64,000 bases of DNA from Paraphysomonas bandaiensis (GCA_965644295.1 CBFFRP010000475.1:1-64000), one strand, 5' to 3'. Shown: positions 1-12,185, counted from the first letter of the stretch. Made by a program: numbers and translations. Notes: generated from the sequence alone by a model not told the origin.

Positions 1-3000
1 TTGGAACGGAAGAAGTCGGCAACAGCGTTGGGTTAAATGCAATACAGTTGTACCTATTGCTGCCACATGGGTATTTTCTTCCGTACAAACACGTCGAATC
101 GCAACAATCCCCACCATCCCAGTTACATTCCGCCGTGTTATATCCACCACCTCTATTATCGCAATATCCATCTCCGACATTTTCCTGAAATTAACGTTGC
201 AACCTGTCATTGTGGGGTACGGAGATATAGTGGGCTTTAGTGTAGATAAGAAGTAGGGCTGGGAGTCGGGCGAATGGTTGGTTGATACGTTGGCATTCTT
301 GAGGGTGATGCTGTGGGTGCGACTGTAGGCTTAAACGTAGGAGTAGGCACCGTGACCTTGCAGTCGTAACCATTATTCAATGAATACGTTGGAGTTAAGT
401 ACACACGTATTCTCACAGCAGTCCCCTCCATCCCAAGCACACACCTCGTTGTTGGCGGTATCATCGCAATAACCATCTCCAACATAAGGTGAATCACATC
501 CTGGTAGGGTTGGGTGAGCTGTGCGCTGATAAGTCGGTTCAGAGTAGGTTTGTCAGTGGCACGTATTGTCGGATCGGAGGTTGGATTCAGATTAACACCA
601 CTGGTTGCAGCTGCCAAGCAAAATGTTCCTGACGAATCGACAAATTGTACATCATCAGTCAGACGTCTACCATCTGACACAGAATAACTCTCGTAGAGGT
701 CGACAAGTTTTGATCCAATATCGAAAGAATATGACACACTGGACGACAGATCAAGGAGCTCCAACAACTGGTCAAAAACTGAAGCACACATGTCCTCAGA
801 AAAAGACCCAGATAACATAAGAAATGTCTGAAACTTGTCATTTTCAATAGAATCAAAATATTTTTCCCATGCAATTTCATCTTTGTCAAATACGGTGAAG
901 TCAAGAGTCAGGTCGATCTCGATTCCCTGATTCTCGCTGTCGATATTAGCGATATTGGCATTTAGGCACAGGCTCATCCCAAGCATGTCAAGAAACGAGG
1001 TAACACGATTCACGGCATTTTCGATGTCTGAAGTCACATCGTCATTATCATCCTGTAAATACTCCATCAAGTCTCGCAAACACAATTCATTGTCCTCTCC
1101 AACATTGATCTTTAACATATCCACGCCCTCTGACCCAGGAAAAAGTAGAAGAAGAAGTAAGCGTTGTGCCTGCCAGTTGTTCGAAAAATAGTCAACAGTG
1201 GAGTCAGATCCACTTGGAAAATCGAACTCCGGAAAAGTCACACCCCATGTCATGTCCATGCCAGCAGCTGTCAGCTGCGAAAGATCTTCGATATAGGCAC
1301 CAGCAAATACCGTGAACGATAGAACCGTGTTACTGTCCACATCAATTCCGATAACCGCTTCGCAAAGCACATTCAAAGGAAAATTTTTATAATGAGCTTG
1401 GCACTTGGCACCGTCCTGCAATGAAAATGACAGAGAACCCGTCTGAAACATTAGCCCCGAGAACTCAACAACTACGTCGTTCTTCGGCATTTCGGAAAGT
1501 GTAAGCTCTTCCCTACTTCAGGATCTTCGCTGGGGTCAACAGCAGTGAAGTAATCAGACTGCCCCACAACGCCGTCAGATGTAGACACTTTGACATAGTA
1601 CTGAGAACCAACACTAAAGTAAGAAGAGCTCTGTGCCGATTTCGTACGATCCAGACGCTACCGTGTTGCCACAGAAGAGGTAGGTGTTCGTCAAGTACTG
1701 ATAGAAACACACACTAACAGAGGCGTAGTCATCTATTGACCAGTGATCCCACTCCACCACATGCCAGTCACTCGGAACCCCCCACTTATCACCATGTTTC
1801 GGGCTGGCGACAACAATTTGAGGTTTTTGTTCTGGAAATTCCATACATCCATTCCAAAAAATGTTGAGGTAAAATATGTCGGAGCAAAAATCGAAAAACT
1901 GAGGGGATTGCATGGATTCAAATACAACTAGGCCTAAGTACGGCACAGAAACTTCTGCCATGCCAACCTGGACAGCAAGCCCAACGTAAAAACTGTAGCT
2001 CAGCCCATTGACAGAGGAAGCACAAGTATCACTTGCCAGTTGTCGTCCACTCTTTAAATTTCTACTTGAAAGTGAATTTATTATATTGGCCGTTCCTGAC
2101 CAGGCGAAATTCTTTAGTCTGTCTGATGGTAATACGGCCTCCCTCGTGAATCGAGCGTGGATGCTCGAGACATACTCGAAGTATAAGTAGATGACGCATC
2201 TTTCACTCAAGAACGGAAACAATGTGCTCTTCGACTGTTTCGAACCAAATGGTTTAGGGGCTGTATGCTGCAACGATGCTGGATCATGTTCAGTACCCAC
2301 TTCATTGTTAGCAACAGCGTGGGAGTCTGATTTCGTTGTAAATCGTCGAACTGGAGTGGAGAACCACCAATATTTACCTCTCCTTTACTATCACTATAAC
2401 GCAGTGAGTTAGGAGCGGAAGCACCTAATTCATACTCGAATGAAATTATATCTGCCGTATTAAGCCAACAACATCGTACGCATCAACTGACCACTCAATG
2501 TGGTCATCATACCACGTACAGGATACAGTACATAAATGAGTGCTATCGCAGTAACTACTGAGAGGATCAAAGGTATGCACGTAACAGGGGTCGGAGATGA
2601 AAACCATGAGCCTCTCTTCTTTTGCGTATACTTTAATTTTTCGAGACTAACGCAGGATCTGCGTAAAATTTAAACTTAACTTTAGTCGTCGTGGAGGACA
2701 AGCACTGGAAAGAACTGACTGGATTGTAAGTAATTTGACTTGTTGTCTCGGAATAATCTTCATACTCAAATGTTACGTACACCTCTTGCGTATTATCATC
2801 GCCAGCATAAACAGGATCATTACTGTATACAGTAGTCATATCCAAATCTAGGTAGGAGTTCCCTTGATAAACATAATAGAAGCCGTAGAGATAATTCTCA
2901 CTTTCGAAAGCACCAGTGGACTCATACACTCTTGACCGTTATCGTTTCGCCAACAGCAATATTCGTTGTAATATACACTCTCAGCGTTCTGTAGTTGTAT

Positions 3001-4976
3001 AGTAGTGATAAGGAACCGTCAAGCTCCATTTCAACATCCAGTTCGTCGCTCCAATCGCTAAATCCTCTGGCACTATATGCACGGTACCAAATTTCGTAAT
3101 CACTGTCGCTCACATCAATATGAATCGTGTCTTCAGAATCATTATCTCCCTCGGCTGTAAATCCCAGAAGATCCCCATCTCGAAGTTCATAATAGCTGCG
3201 ACCACTGTCATCATCGCCCAACAACTCGTACGTCAGGGCATCCGAGTAGTAATCATCCCACTTGTAATTCGTCCCGTACTTATTTCCAGGATCAGTAGTA
3301 TCATATAACATACAAAGATAATTATTGCTCTTGATGAATGTGAAAAGTACACAACTATCGTACGTCCTACATTTATCAGCACAGAGGATTTCATTGGAAT
3401 CGTACTGTGTATCTTCAATCTGGATGTCTAAATTCACCACCCATTTCGGTTCTGTGTTGGGGTATCGCGCAGTGGTTGTAGACCAGCGCTCAAAGAACCC
3501 TATGGAGCTAAGTGTAAACGAATCCGCAAACCAACAGCTACTGCAGGTGTATTTGACTTCATAACTAGTGATCTCGTAATCAGATGCCGGTGGAGTAAGC
3601 GCAAGCAGGATACTATCGTGGGTAACGGATACAAGTGTAGGAGGGTTGGAAGGTTTGGATGGTTTATCCGCATTATTGTAGTCGTTCACGTTGCCACTAC
3701 CTGGATTAGAATTGTCAGGCTCACCCGAGGCAGCGTCCCATATCTCTACACCCAAATAAGGCTTTGGGTCCACATAGAAGTCAATAATTCCATAAGGCGA
3801 CATGTACAAGCGGGGGATAATATAGATGCGTGGATTAAAGGTGCCACCGCTCTTGGAAGAAGACAACGAGAGAGGAGTACCACTGTACGACCAAGAATCG
3901 CTTTCGATCACGTTGACTTCTCCATCCGAATCAGCTATCTCAATGCCGTATTCAACACTCGCTGATGCGGTATATCCACCGAACAAAGAGGCATCTAAAG
4001 TGGACTCCACGACTTCGAATTGCGCCAGGAGCTGAAATCTAGGAATGATAACGAGTGGTACAATACCAACACTAAAAGTCCAGGCACCCATATTAAATAC
4101 TCTTGACAGTTCAATTTCGTCGCTCTTTCCCTCTGGAGGTGCAGTTAAACGAACATAAGCGCTAACCTCAGCCTCTCCGGTGAACAGCATCTTCAAGTAG
4201 TCGACATACGGGAACAAATAGTAAGCGTAGTCAATATCCATCTCAAAAGTAATCCCTGGTGTGAAATAGGCGTAGCATTGCTCGCACACACAAGTACCAG
4301 ATGTGTAAGGGATATCAATAGATCCTTCCTCTGCTCGACCAGTGCTTTCATCGTAATTAAAGCTGAATGTCTCCGATTCGGACCTCGCGAACCACGACTC
4401 ATCGTTATCTTTTCCCTCTGTGCGAAAGTCACCATTGTCAGAGTTTACGAGTGGTGGAATGTAAAGCCGAATACTACTCTTCTCGAATAGATGAGTAAAA
4501 GGAACAACAAATGTTGACAAGACAAGAACATTTCCATCCATAACCATGCCTTCAATACTGCGATAAAGGGGCTCCTCACGCATATCAGTGTATCGACCAC
4601 TGCTGCACCCCCATGAATCATCACCAACAATAAACTTCATATCATAAAGATTATCTTGTGTTTCAATAGGATCAGATGAATGAATTATAACAGTTTCATT
4701 ATTTATACAATCAATATGTATGATATGATCATCATGATCTAATTGATACACACCTTCACGTAATGTGACATCATAATTCATACGTACACCACTATGATGA
4801 TCCAAACTATGTGTAAACCTTCTCCCATGTTGTGAATAATGATTAAGTTCATTAATTCCACGAAATGCGGGTTTAGGCCGGTATGATCGAGGGGAATGAT
4901 AGGTGTATGTATTATACACCTCTGCATGACTTGATTGGCATAATTCTACCATAAAATATACGAGAAATAACATCAT
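1..4976 (-). pseudogene. Large secreted/surface protein (signal peptide, FN3-like and PAN/apple-like segments, PT repeats, two LNR/Notch-like Cys repeats), broken by multiple frameshifts; continues off the left edge
   Basis: Hydrophobic N-terminus at 4976. FN3-like PSKPSNPPTLVSVTHDSILL...YEVKY. ORFs 2922-4976, 2633-2929, 1614-2300, 1513-1710 and 237-1490 join by frame changes rather than clear introns. Alternative frames give VGDGYCDDTANNEVCAWDGGDCCENTC (~400-490) and VGDGYCDN..YNTAECNWDGGDCCDSTC (~85-180). Confidence 0.6.
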
Positions 4977-5409
4977 TGTTATTACCCAATAGATTCGTCA
5001 CAGTAATCCTATAGATAAGGGTGTCTATAGGTCGTATAGTATTATGGTAATGGAGAGAGTCGATTATATATATATGTATACATATATATATGAAGATATG
5101 CATACATATATATGAAGACATACGAAGACATGAAGTTTATATCTATGAAGTTGTTTATATATAGAAAGACACGAACGGACATCAACTTCCATAAATCAAC
5201 TTCTTTAACTGGATTGCTTACAAGTGAAGTTATTAAAGATCCAACGTGTCTGTTTAAGATACTAAGATACAATATTATAGCCTACAAATGATCAAACTGA
5301 AAAAAATGAAAATACACTGAAGATAGAAAATTCATATTTTTCGCTTCTACTTCCAGGAAATTTGAAACAACACCGGCAGAGATATAAATCACATTCATTT
5401 GGACATATT

Positions 5410-5560
5410 CGTATGGGCAGTCAGCATCTTAGTTTTCGGAAATAAATTGAAGCAATAATACTCCATATTAATGCTATACAACTACGTCTGGAATACAGAT
5501 AATTGTTGTCTCAATATTAGAGGCATCTTGAAACTAAAATACACAAAGGATGCCCATACG
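5410..5560. mobile_element. ~150-bp MITE-like repeat, family M1, copy 1
   Basis: TIR CGTATGGGCA...TGCCCATACG; the body (AAATTGAAGCAA...GAATACAGATAATTGTTGTCTCAATA) recurs at 17448 and 31787. Confidence 0.7.
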
Positions 5561-5749
5561 TTATCATATACAGTATACTATACACTATACTTGGATTCCT
5601 ACGAACGTAGTATGGTATATTTGTGGGAATAAAAAACTAAAGTTTTATAAGAAAGCTATAATTTTTTGCATAAAATCTCAACAATGGAAGGGTTTGCACA
5701 AAAATCCATTACATGCATGTATCTATATTGCTGTTTGTGTTGTAGTGCA

Positions 5750-6325
5750 GGCTCACTCCATACAAGGCCAAAACACCTCGAGAAATGCAAAACTCGAGCG
5801 GCATTATCCGGATATTCTCTCCATAGAGACTAACATTTCGAGAATTGCAAAAGTCGACTTTCATTATCTCACCATACAAGTACGGAAAGCCGCACTTTAA
5901 ACTCTCTCACGCGACAGTAAACTTGTTCCCAAACTAAAGTCGTTTGAGCTCGCTTAAAGCTCTTATATCTCTGGCTGGAGGAGGGGCCATTCCGAGGACG
6001 ACCAATTTTTTGATATCTACGACAACATATTCGCTTCAACAACAACACTTTCAGCCATCTTCTGCGAATACAATGTGCCCGATACAATAATCTGTTACAA
6101 AGTTGTTTACATGCATCGTTTGGTCGACTTTGATACAGATGAATATCAACTTTGGTTAAAGTCGATATAAAAGTCGGTAACCTAATTTTCTTTTAGATCG
6201 AGGTTGCCTAGTAAATCTCGAGTTTGGCAAAAGTCGAGTTTTGCTATTCTCAAGATTTTGCTTGTATGGAATGAAACTGCTCGAGTTTTGCATTTCTCGG
6301 GTTTTGGCCTTGTATAGAGTGAGCC
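5750..6325. mobile_element. Non-autonomous TIR element (MITE) with ~50-bp imperfect TIRs
   Basis: GGCTCACTCCATACAAGGCCAAAAC...GAGAAATGCAAAACTCGAGC at the left is mirrored by GCTCGAGTTTTGCATTTCTC...GTTTTGGCCTTGTATAGAGTGAGCC at the right. Subterminal CTCGAG/AAAGTCGA repeats. No clear TSD. Confidence 0.75.
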
Positions 6326-7024
6326 TTAATGAGGGATATCAATGTACAGTACTGCTATATGCATATATATATGGGCAACAGAGTTAAAAATAGAATTTAT
6401 TATAAATGCTGTTGGTGTAGATAGGTTTAGGATAAACCATTTCCTATATGTATCTTGTGTAGCAGTGTCACCAGAAGTTGTCTCGGTTTAAGGTCAGCAC
6501 TTTTTATATATTTCACATACTGCATAGTGACTGCTGTGTAAGTGTTCTGGATTTAAAGTAATGCTCTTACGATGTAATGTTCTTGCCCTCCACTGGCATA
6601 TCAGGAACTTCTTGCAAGGATGCACATGACAGCGTGTTGATGGAGTGTGAATAACATGATCATATGACAGTCGCTATTGCCGCTCTATTTGTTGTATTGT
6701 GAGCTATTATATATACGTTAATCGTAGTAGTATAGATCTACACATCTATATCTGCTCTATACTATACACTGTAGATACTATGCAAAAACGTAAAGCGTCA
6801 TTATATATAGAAAATATCTACACTATGTACGTATGTACCGTACATATATAGAATATATAGATATCTACTGCTAAGATTAACGTATAAATAACATAAATTA
6901 AATTAACTTCGAATTAAGTACTACGATGAACTATCAAGATGAAAATAATATAAGGAATCTCGAGTCATAACTTTGTCATCATGAGTTTAAAAAGCTTATG
7001 ACGAGTAGGCTGAGTACTTGTTTT

Positions 7025-7317
7025 TATTAGAATATGGACTGTATCCTAGTATATTCAATGTGGTACTTGAAGACAATGTACGAGAATACAGTGAAGTATG
7101 GTGATGTGTAGATGCTGTTATGATATTGAGAAAACTGAAATAGTTTGCTCTTTCAAGATATGTTTAGTAGCGAAAGGTCTACAGAAGTAGTGATTTATGC
7201 ATGGCACAAAACGAGCTTGTGTTGTTTAACACAATTCGTGTAAACGATATTAATAAATCTATCTAGTCTAACAACTTAATCTCTCTTTGATCTAAGTAAA
7301 ATGAGCATTTCCCAACA
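7025..7317 (+). repeat. 5' LTR of element A (TATTAG...CAACA)
   Basis: Direct repeat of 12186-12478; boundaries fixed by the TSD and PBS. Confidence 0.95.
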
Positions 7318-10300
7318 TGGTAGCGAGCGAGGAGGAGAGAAGGAGGATAGAGGAGTAGTTCCTCAGTTCAACGAGACTAACGTTGAACAATGGATTGAGG
7401 ACTTCGAGACATTCCTTATGAGGAAGGAACAAAGCGAGGTAGCGGTGGAACTGCCACCTAAGGAGAGCGACTTCGGGGAGCAGCCACTTACGTTGATGGA
7501 GGAGAAGGCGTACAGACAGGCTGTGAAGAGGTATTGGAAGGCGAACGCCATAGCTTATTCTTACTGCAGGGATGCGGTGCAGCATTCCCCGAAAGCGCTG
7601 CGTAAATTCCATCTTACCCACAAAGCGTTCAAGGCAGAAGGGAGTGGTGTAAACAGGTTCAAAACACATGTAATGATTGATGAGTTGAAGAAGTGTTTTG
7701 CTGGAGGGAAGCAAAATAGGATCAGTGACCTCTTAACTCAATATGGTTCTTTCCGTATGCGTCCGGAGGAGACGGCGAAGGACTACGTACTACGGTTCGA
7801 ACTACTGCTGAAGGAACTACAGGAGCAGCAGCAGGATATCTCGGAGGTATCAAAAACAAGTCGACTACGAGAAGGCTTGCTCAATGAAGAGTATGCTCAA
7901 CTGAGAGTTGGATTATACTTGATGGATGATGATGTTAATTATGTAACTGTATCACGTAAGATAGAAGGCTATGATGATACTATGGCTGGGAAGGAAGCGT
8001 TGGAGAAGAAGCGTAAAAGAGTGGAGGAGCTGAACCTGATAGACAGTAAGAAACGATATCGCAGAGAGAGGGATCATCGTAAGAAGAACAACGGTAAGAA
8101 GAAGCCGATGAAGAAGGATACAGAGATTACAGGGCAGCGACCTGGAAGTGCCGAATATACTGGGTGCAGAAATTGTAAGTCAAAGGAACATCTTGCCATC
8201 GATTGTCCAGCATCGAAAAAGAAGTACTCGCAAAGCAAGAGCAAGGCTGTGAGGTTTCAAGATGGAAGGAAACCAGACAAAAGACTACTTACAGTTGAAA
8301 ACATCAGGCGTGGAGAGCCAGCGGATTTGTCTGACGAAGACGAAGCAAATATGATCGAGCAACAGGAAGAGTATCACTTGTCATGTAATGTGTATGAGAC
8401 GAATATATGCAGTAGTGTGCATGAGGATATTCACTATACATACATTGATACCTGTTGTTCGTCATCAATGTTTTTGATAAATGATGTGAATATACTTGAT
8501 AGTCATATGCACACATCAAAGGTTATTAATGGTTCGAAAAAAGGGTCAGAGATATGCGTCACGAGTGTAGGTTCCCGTGGAGCATGGAAGAACATTGAGG
8601 TATCAAGTCAGATAAATCGGTGTCTTTGTTCTGGACGGAAGTTGAACGATATGGGATATCGATTTACTGTATGGTATGGTATACAGATATATGACAGAAA
8701 TACGGATGAGCTGGTGTTGGAGGGACCTATGAAGAATGGAATGACTGCTGTGCCAACACAGCAGTTATTGGAGCTTCCAGACGTATCGACATCCAGTGAT
8801 TCAGAAGTAAATCTCAGTGACCGTACGGGTGAGGATGAACTGGAGCTGTTACATAGGAGAGCGGGTCATTTTAACAAGCATGCGTTGGTAGAAGCCCACA
8901 AAAGAATGCTAATTATTGGGACTGGACTGAAACGAAAACATCTCTCGAAACGTGTTTCCAAAGAACAGTGTCTATGTGATGTATGCGCCAGGGCGAAGAT
9001 CACCAGAGTAAGTTTTCGGACAAAGGATGAGGACTCCGTTCGTCCAAATTTCTCGGCCGATATAGCAGTATACTTAAATTGTCCAGCTCGAGGAGGGGAA
9101 ATATATGTGCTCAAACTAACACACCATGCCAGTCGGATGTTCTGGTCGGAAGGGCTTGTTCATAGGACTGGGTCATCGGTACTGCAGGTTTTCAAGAAGA
9201 TTTTTGAAGGAGATGTGAAAAGGTACAAATTAGAAATGCATCATTACCATGCAGATGGAGCAGGGGAGCTAATATGTGATGAGCTGCGACAATATCTTAG
9301 GTCACAGGGTTGCTATCAACATACGTGGAGCTCTACGGACTCTCCTGAGATGAACGCGATTGAGGAGCGGAAATTCAGGACCTGTGGTGAGATGACATTA
9401 GCGATGCTGATTCAGTCAGGATTGCCTTCACAGTTTTGGCTAGATGCCTACATGGCAGCCAGGTACATATTAATTCGATTGCCTACAAAGACAGCGAAGG
9501 GGTATATGTCCCCTCTTGAATTTTTGACTGGTGAGGCTCCCAACCTGAAATATCTCAGAGTATGGGGGTGTCGTGCGTATGTCCTCACTACAAAGGCGGA
9601 TCGACGGAAAGACTGGGACGACAAGGCCCTTATCGGATATCTGATAGGATATTCAGATGAAAAGGTAGGATATGATGTATATCTACCTGCGACTGATAGG
9701 GTCGTCACGTCGGTACATGTATTAACTGATGAGTCCATACCGTCACGCTCGGAGAGCTATTTCGCTGAGATAGATGCTCTTCGAGTGAAGGAGGCCGAGA
9801 GACCGAAAATTGTGTCTGACTATGCGGGCTTAGAAGGTACATATCATATTGATGATGAGGATGGTCTTCTCTACAAGACCACGAGAGTAGTAGAACGAAA
9901 GGGGGTAATAGTAGCCTATCGATCTCTGGTAACTGCAGGTCGGAAGCATATCGAGCACCGGGTGCCGATTCACGTCGAGGACGTAGTGCGAATGACTGCA
10001 GAAACTCCCGGGAATACCGGATATATAGGAAAGGGGGACGCCCTGAGTACTATGCCAGCCAGGGTGCTGGACCAGGGAAGACCTGGAGGGTTACAGGAGA
10101 GTCCTGACCCAACCTGTCAGGAGACAGCTGTGAGGTTGCAGACCTCTGAAGACTATGAGTCTGGGGTTGTGAGCGGGGCTCCTCCCACAACGCACGATGT
10201 GCGTGCTCAGGATGAGCAAGGTATGGGTTCTTATATACCTCGTCGACCGATTGAACTAGATGGTGATGGTCGGGTCCGACGCAAACGGCTGCAGCGGAGA

Positions 10301-12012
10301 CTGGCAAACGCGTCAGTTTTAGGAGAGATTAATATGGTTGAAGTACCGGATGCGCATAATATTGATCTTAACCATGCAGAGACAGAAGATATCAAGATAC
10401 CAAATTCATATGCCGAGGCAGAGAGATCTCCACAGTATCAACAATGGAGAAAAGCTCGAATGGTGGAGAAGACATCATTGCTGAAAAGACGTGTCTTGAA
10501 GATCGTGAAAATTCCAAGCGGAGTGAAATTAGTTAGAGCGAAATATGTGCATACGGTGAAGCGAGACATACTAGGGAATATAGTAAAGTACAAGGCTCGG
10601 CTAGTGGCATTAGGAAATCTCCAAGAGAAGAAGGAGGAGGAGCCGTCCACTTTCGCTCCAGTGGTTAAGGGTATAACCATTAGACTAGTGTTAGCGATTG
10701 CGTTTATGTTACAGATGCATGTGCATCAATTAGATGTATCATCCGCATTTTGCTATGCAGATCTGGAGGATGACGTGTATATGGCACCTCCACCAGATGA
10801 GGAATTACTAGCTGGATGGTGTTTTCAACTAATCAAGGCATTGTATGGACTGCGATCTTCACCGCGACAGTGGAATAAACATATTGACAAGTTTATTAAA
10901 TCATTGCATTTTACTCCGTGTATTTTGGATACGTGTTTGTATATGCGATGGAGTAACGGAAAACTGCATTTATTATTGATATATGTTGATGATATCATAA
11001 TTGCATCCGCTGATCTGACTTACTTGGAAAGCGTAAAGCGTAGGTTCTGTGAAACATTCGAGATGCATGATCTGGGAGTGTGTAAGCGATTTCTGAACAT
11101 CAGGATAACCAGAGGAGAAAATTGGTATATGTTAGATCAATCTGAGTATGCTAAGAATATTATCAAGAAATTCAGCTCAGTTATGGGAAAGAGTAGTAAG
11201 AATAAGGAGGCCCCACTACCTACTAATGTTCAGGATCTGTTGGCAGAGGAACGTGAACTTACGGAGGAGCAGAAGCAGTGGGTTGACTCATTTCCGTATC
11301 GGCAAATTATTGGAGCAGTGTTGTATCTAGCAATGCATACTAGACCTGATCTGGCTTATGCAGTGGGGTTATTGTCTCGATTTAGTAGTTGTCCGACATA
11401 TGCATCGTGCAAACTGGCGATTCACTTATTGAAATATTTGCGTGGAACAATTGATGAGGGCATCAGATTCAGTGGGAGTGAGTTCGACTTACATGTGTTC
11501 AGTGATTCAGATTGGGCTGGTGATAGACTGACTCGGCGATCGACAACAGGATACATTGTGTTCTTATGTGCAGGCGCATTGGCCTGGCAGTCTAAACTAC
11601 AGACCACAGTTGCAACTTCGAGCATGGAATCTGAATATATGGCGGAGTATGCGGCTATGCAAGAACTGGTGTGGCTTCGGGGGTGTTCAAGGAGCTCGGG
11701 CTCTTAGTTGCGAAGCCGACTCCATTCTTTATGGATAGCAAGAGTGCGAAAGATCTCTCCGAGAATCCTGTGTATCATAAGAGGTCGAAGCATATAGACA
11801 TCAAGTATCACTGGGTGAGAGAGCATGTAAATGGAAAATTTCCTACGGCAAAGTTGATTCATGTGTCGACGGATGATATGGCGGCTGATATTTTCACGAA
11901 GGCATTGTCAACGAAACTTTTCAGTCGTCATGAGAAAACTATTACCGGGGTTAAGAGAAGTGTGTCAACCAGAGTTGAGGAGCAGCAGAAGAAGCGACCC
12001 CGAAGAGGTTAA
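7301..12012 (+). CDS. Copia Gag-Pol polyprotein; 1-nt frameshift in RNase H near 11680
   Basis: CCHC knuckle CRNCKSKEHLAIDC; PR YIDTCC; IN LHRRAGH..CDVC plus D/D/E (SADI, HADG, IEERK); RT KARLVA, QLDV, LYGL, YVDD; RH SDSDWAG, ADIFTK. G5 run at 11679-11683 versus G6 in element B. Confidence 0.95.
7318..7334 (+). promoter_or_regulatory. Primer binding site, probably initiator tRNA-Met
   Basis: TGGTAGCGAGCGAGGAG directly follows the LTR. It is complementary to a tRNA 3' end ...GCUCGCU-A-CCA, implying an A1:U72 pair typical of initiator tRNA. Identical in element B. Confidence 0.75.
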
Positions 12013-12185
12013 AGGTGTGTTTTAGTGGGTGAGAATCCCACATAACTATATATCTAGTTGACTGCTAGTTATATATGTATCTTGATAAGATTTCACATCT
12101 ATTTTACCTATGAGACTAGTTTATAGCATGAAGATCACTGTACTCATTGTTGTTTCGTATCACTGCATTCTACATTGAGTGGGAG

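Noticed and set aside
11671-12012. Programmed frameshift or separate RNase H ORF
   Set aside because: Element B is in frame here; this is a single-copy lesion or sequencing error.
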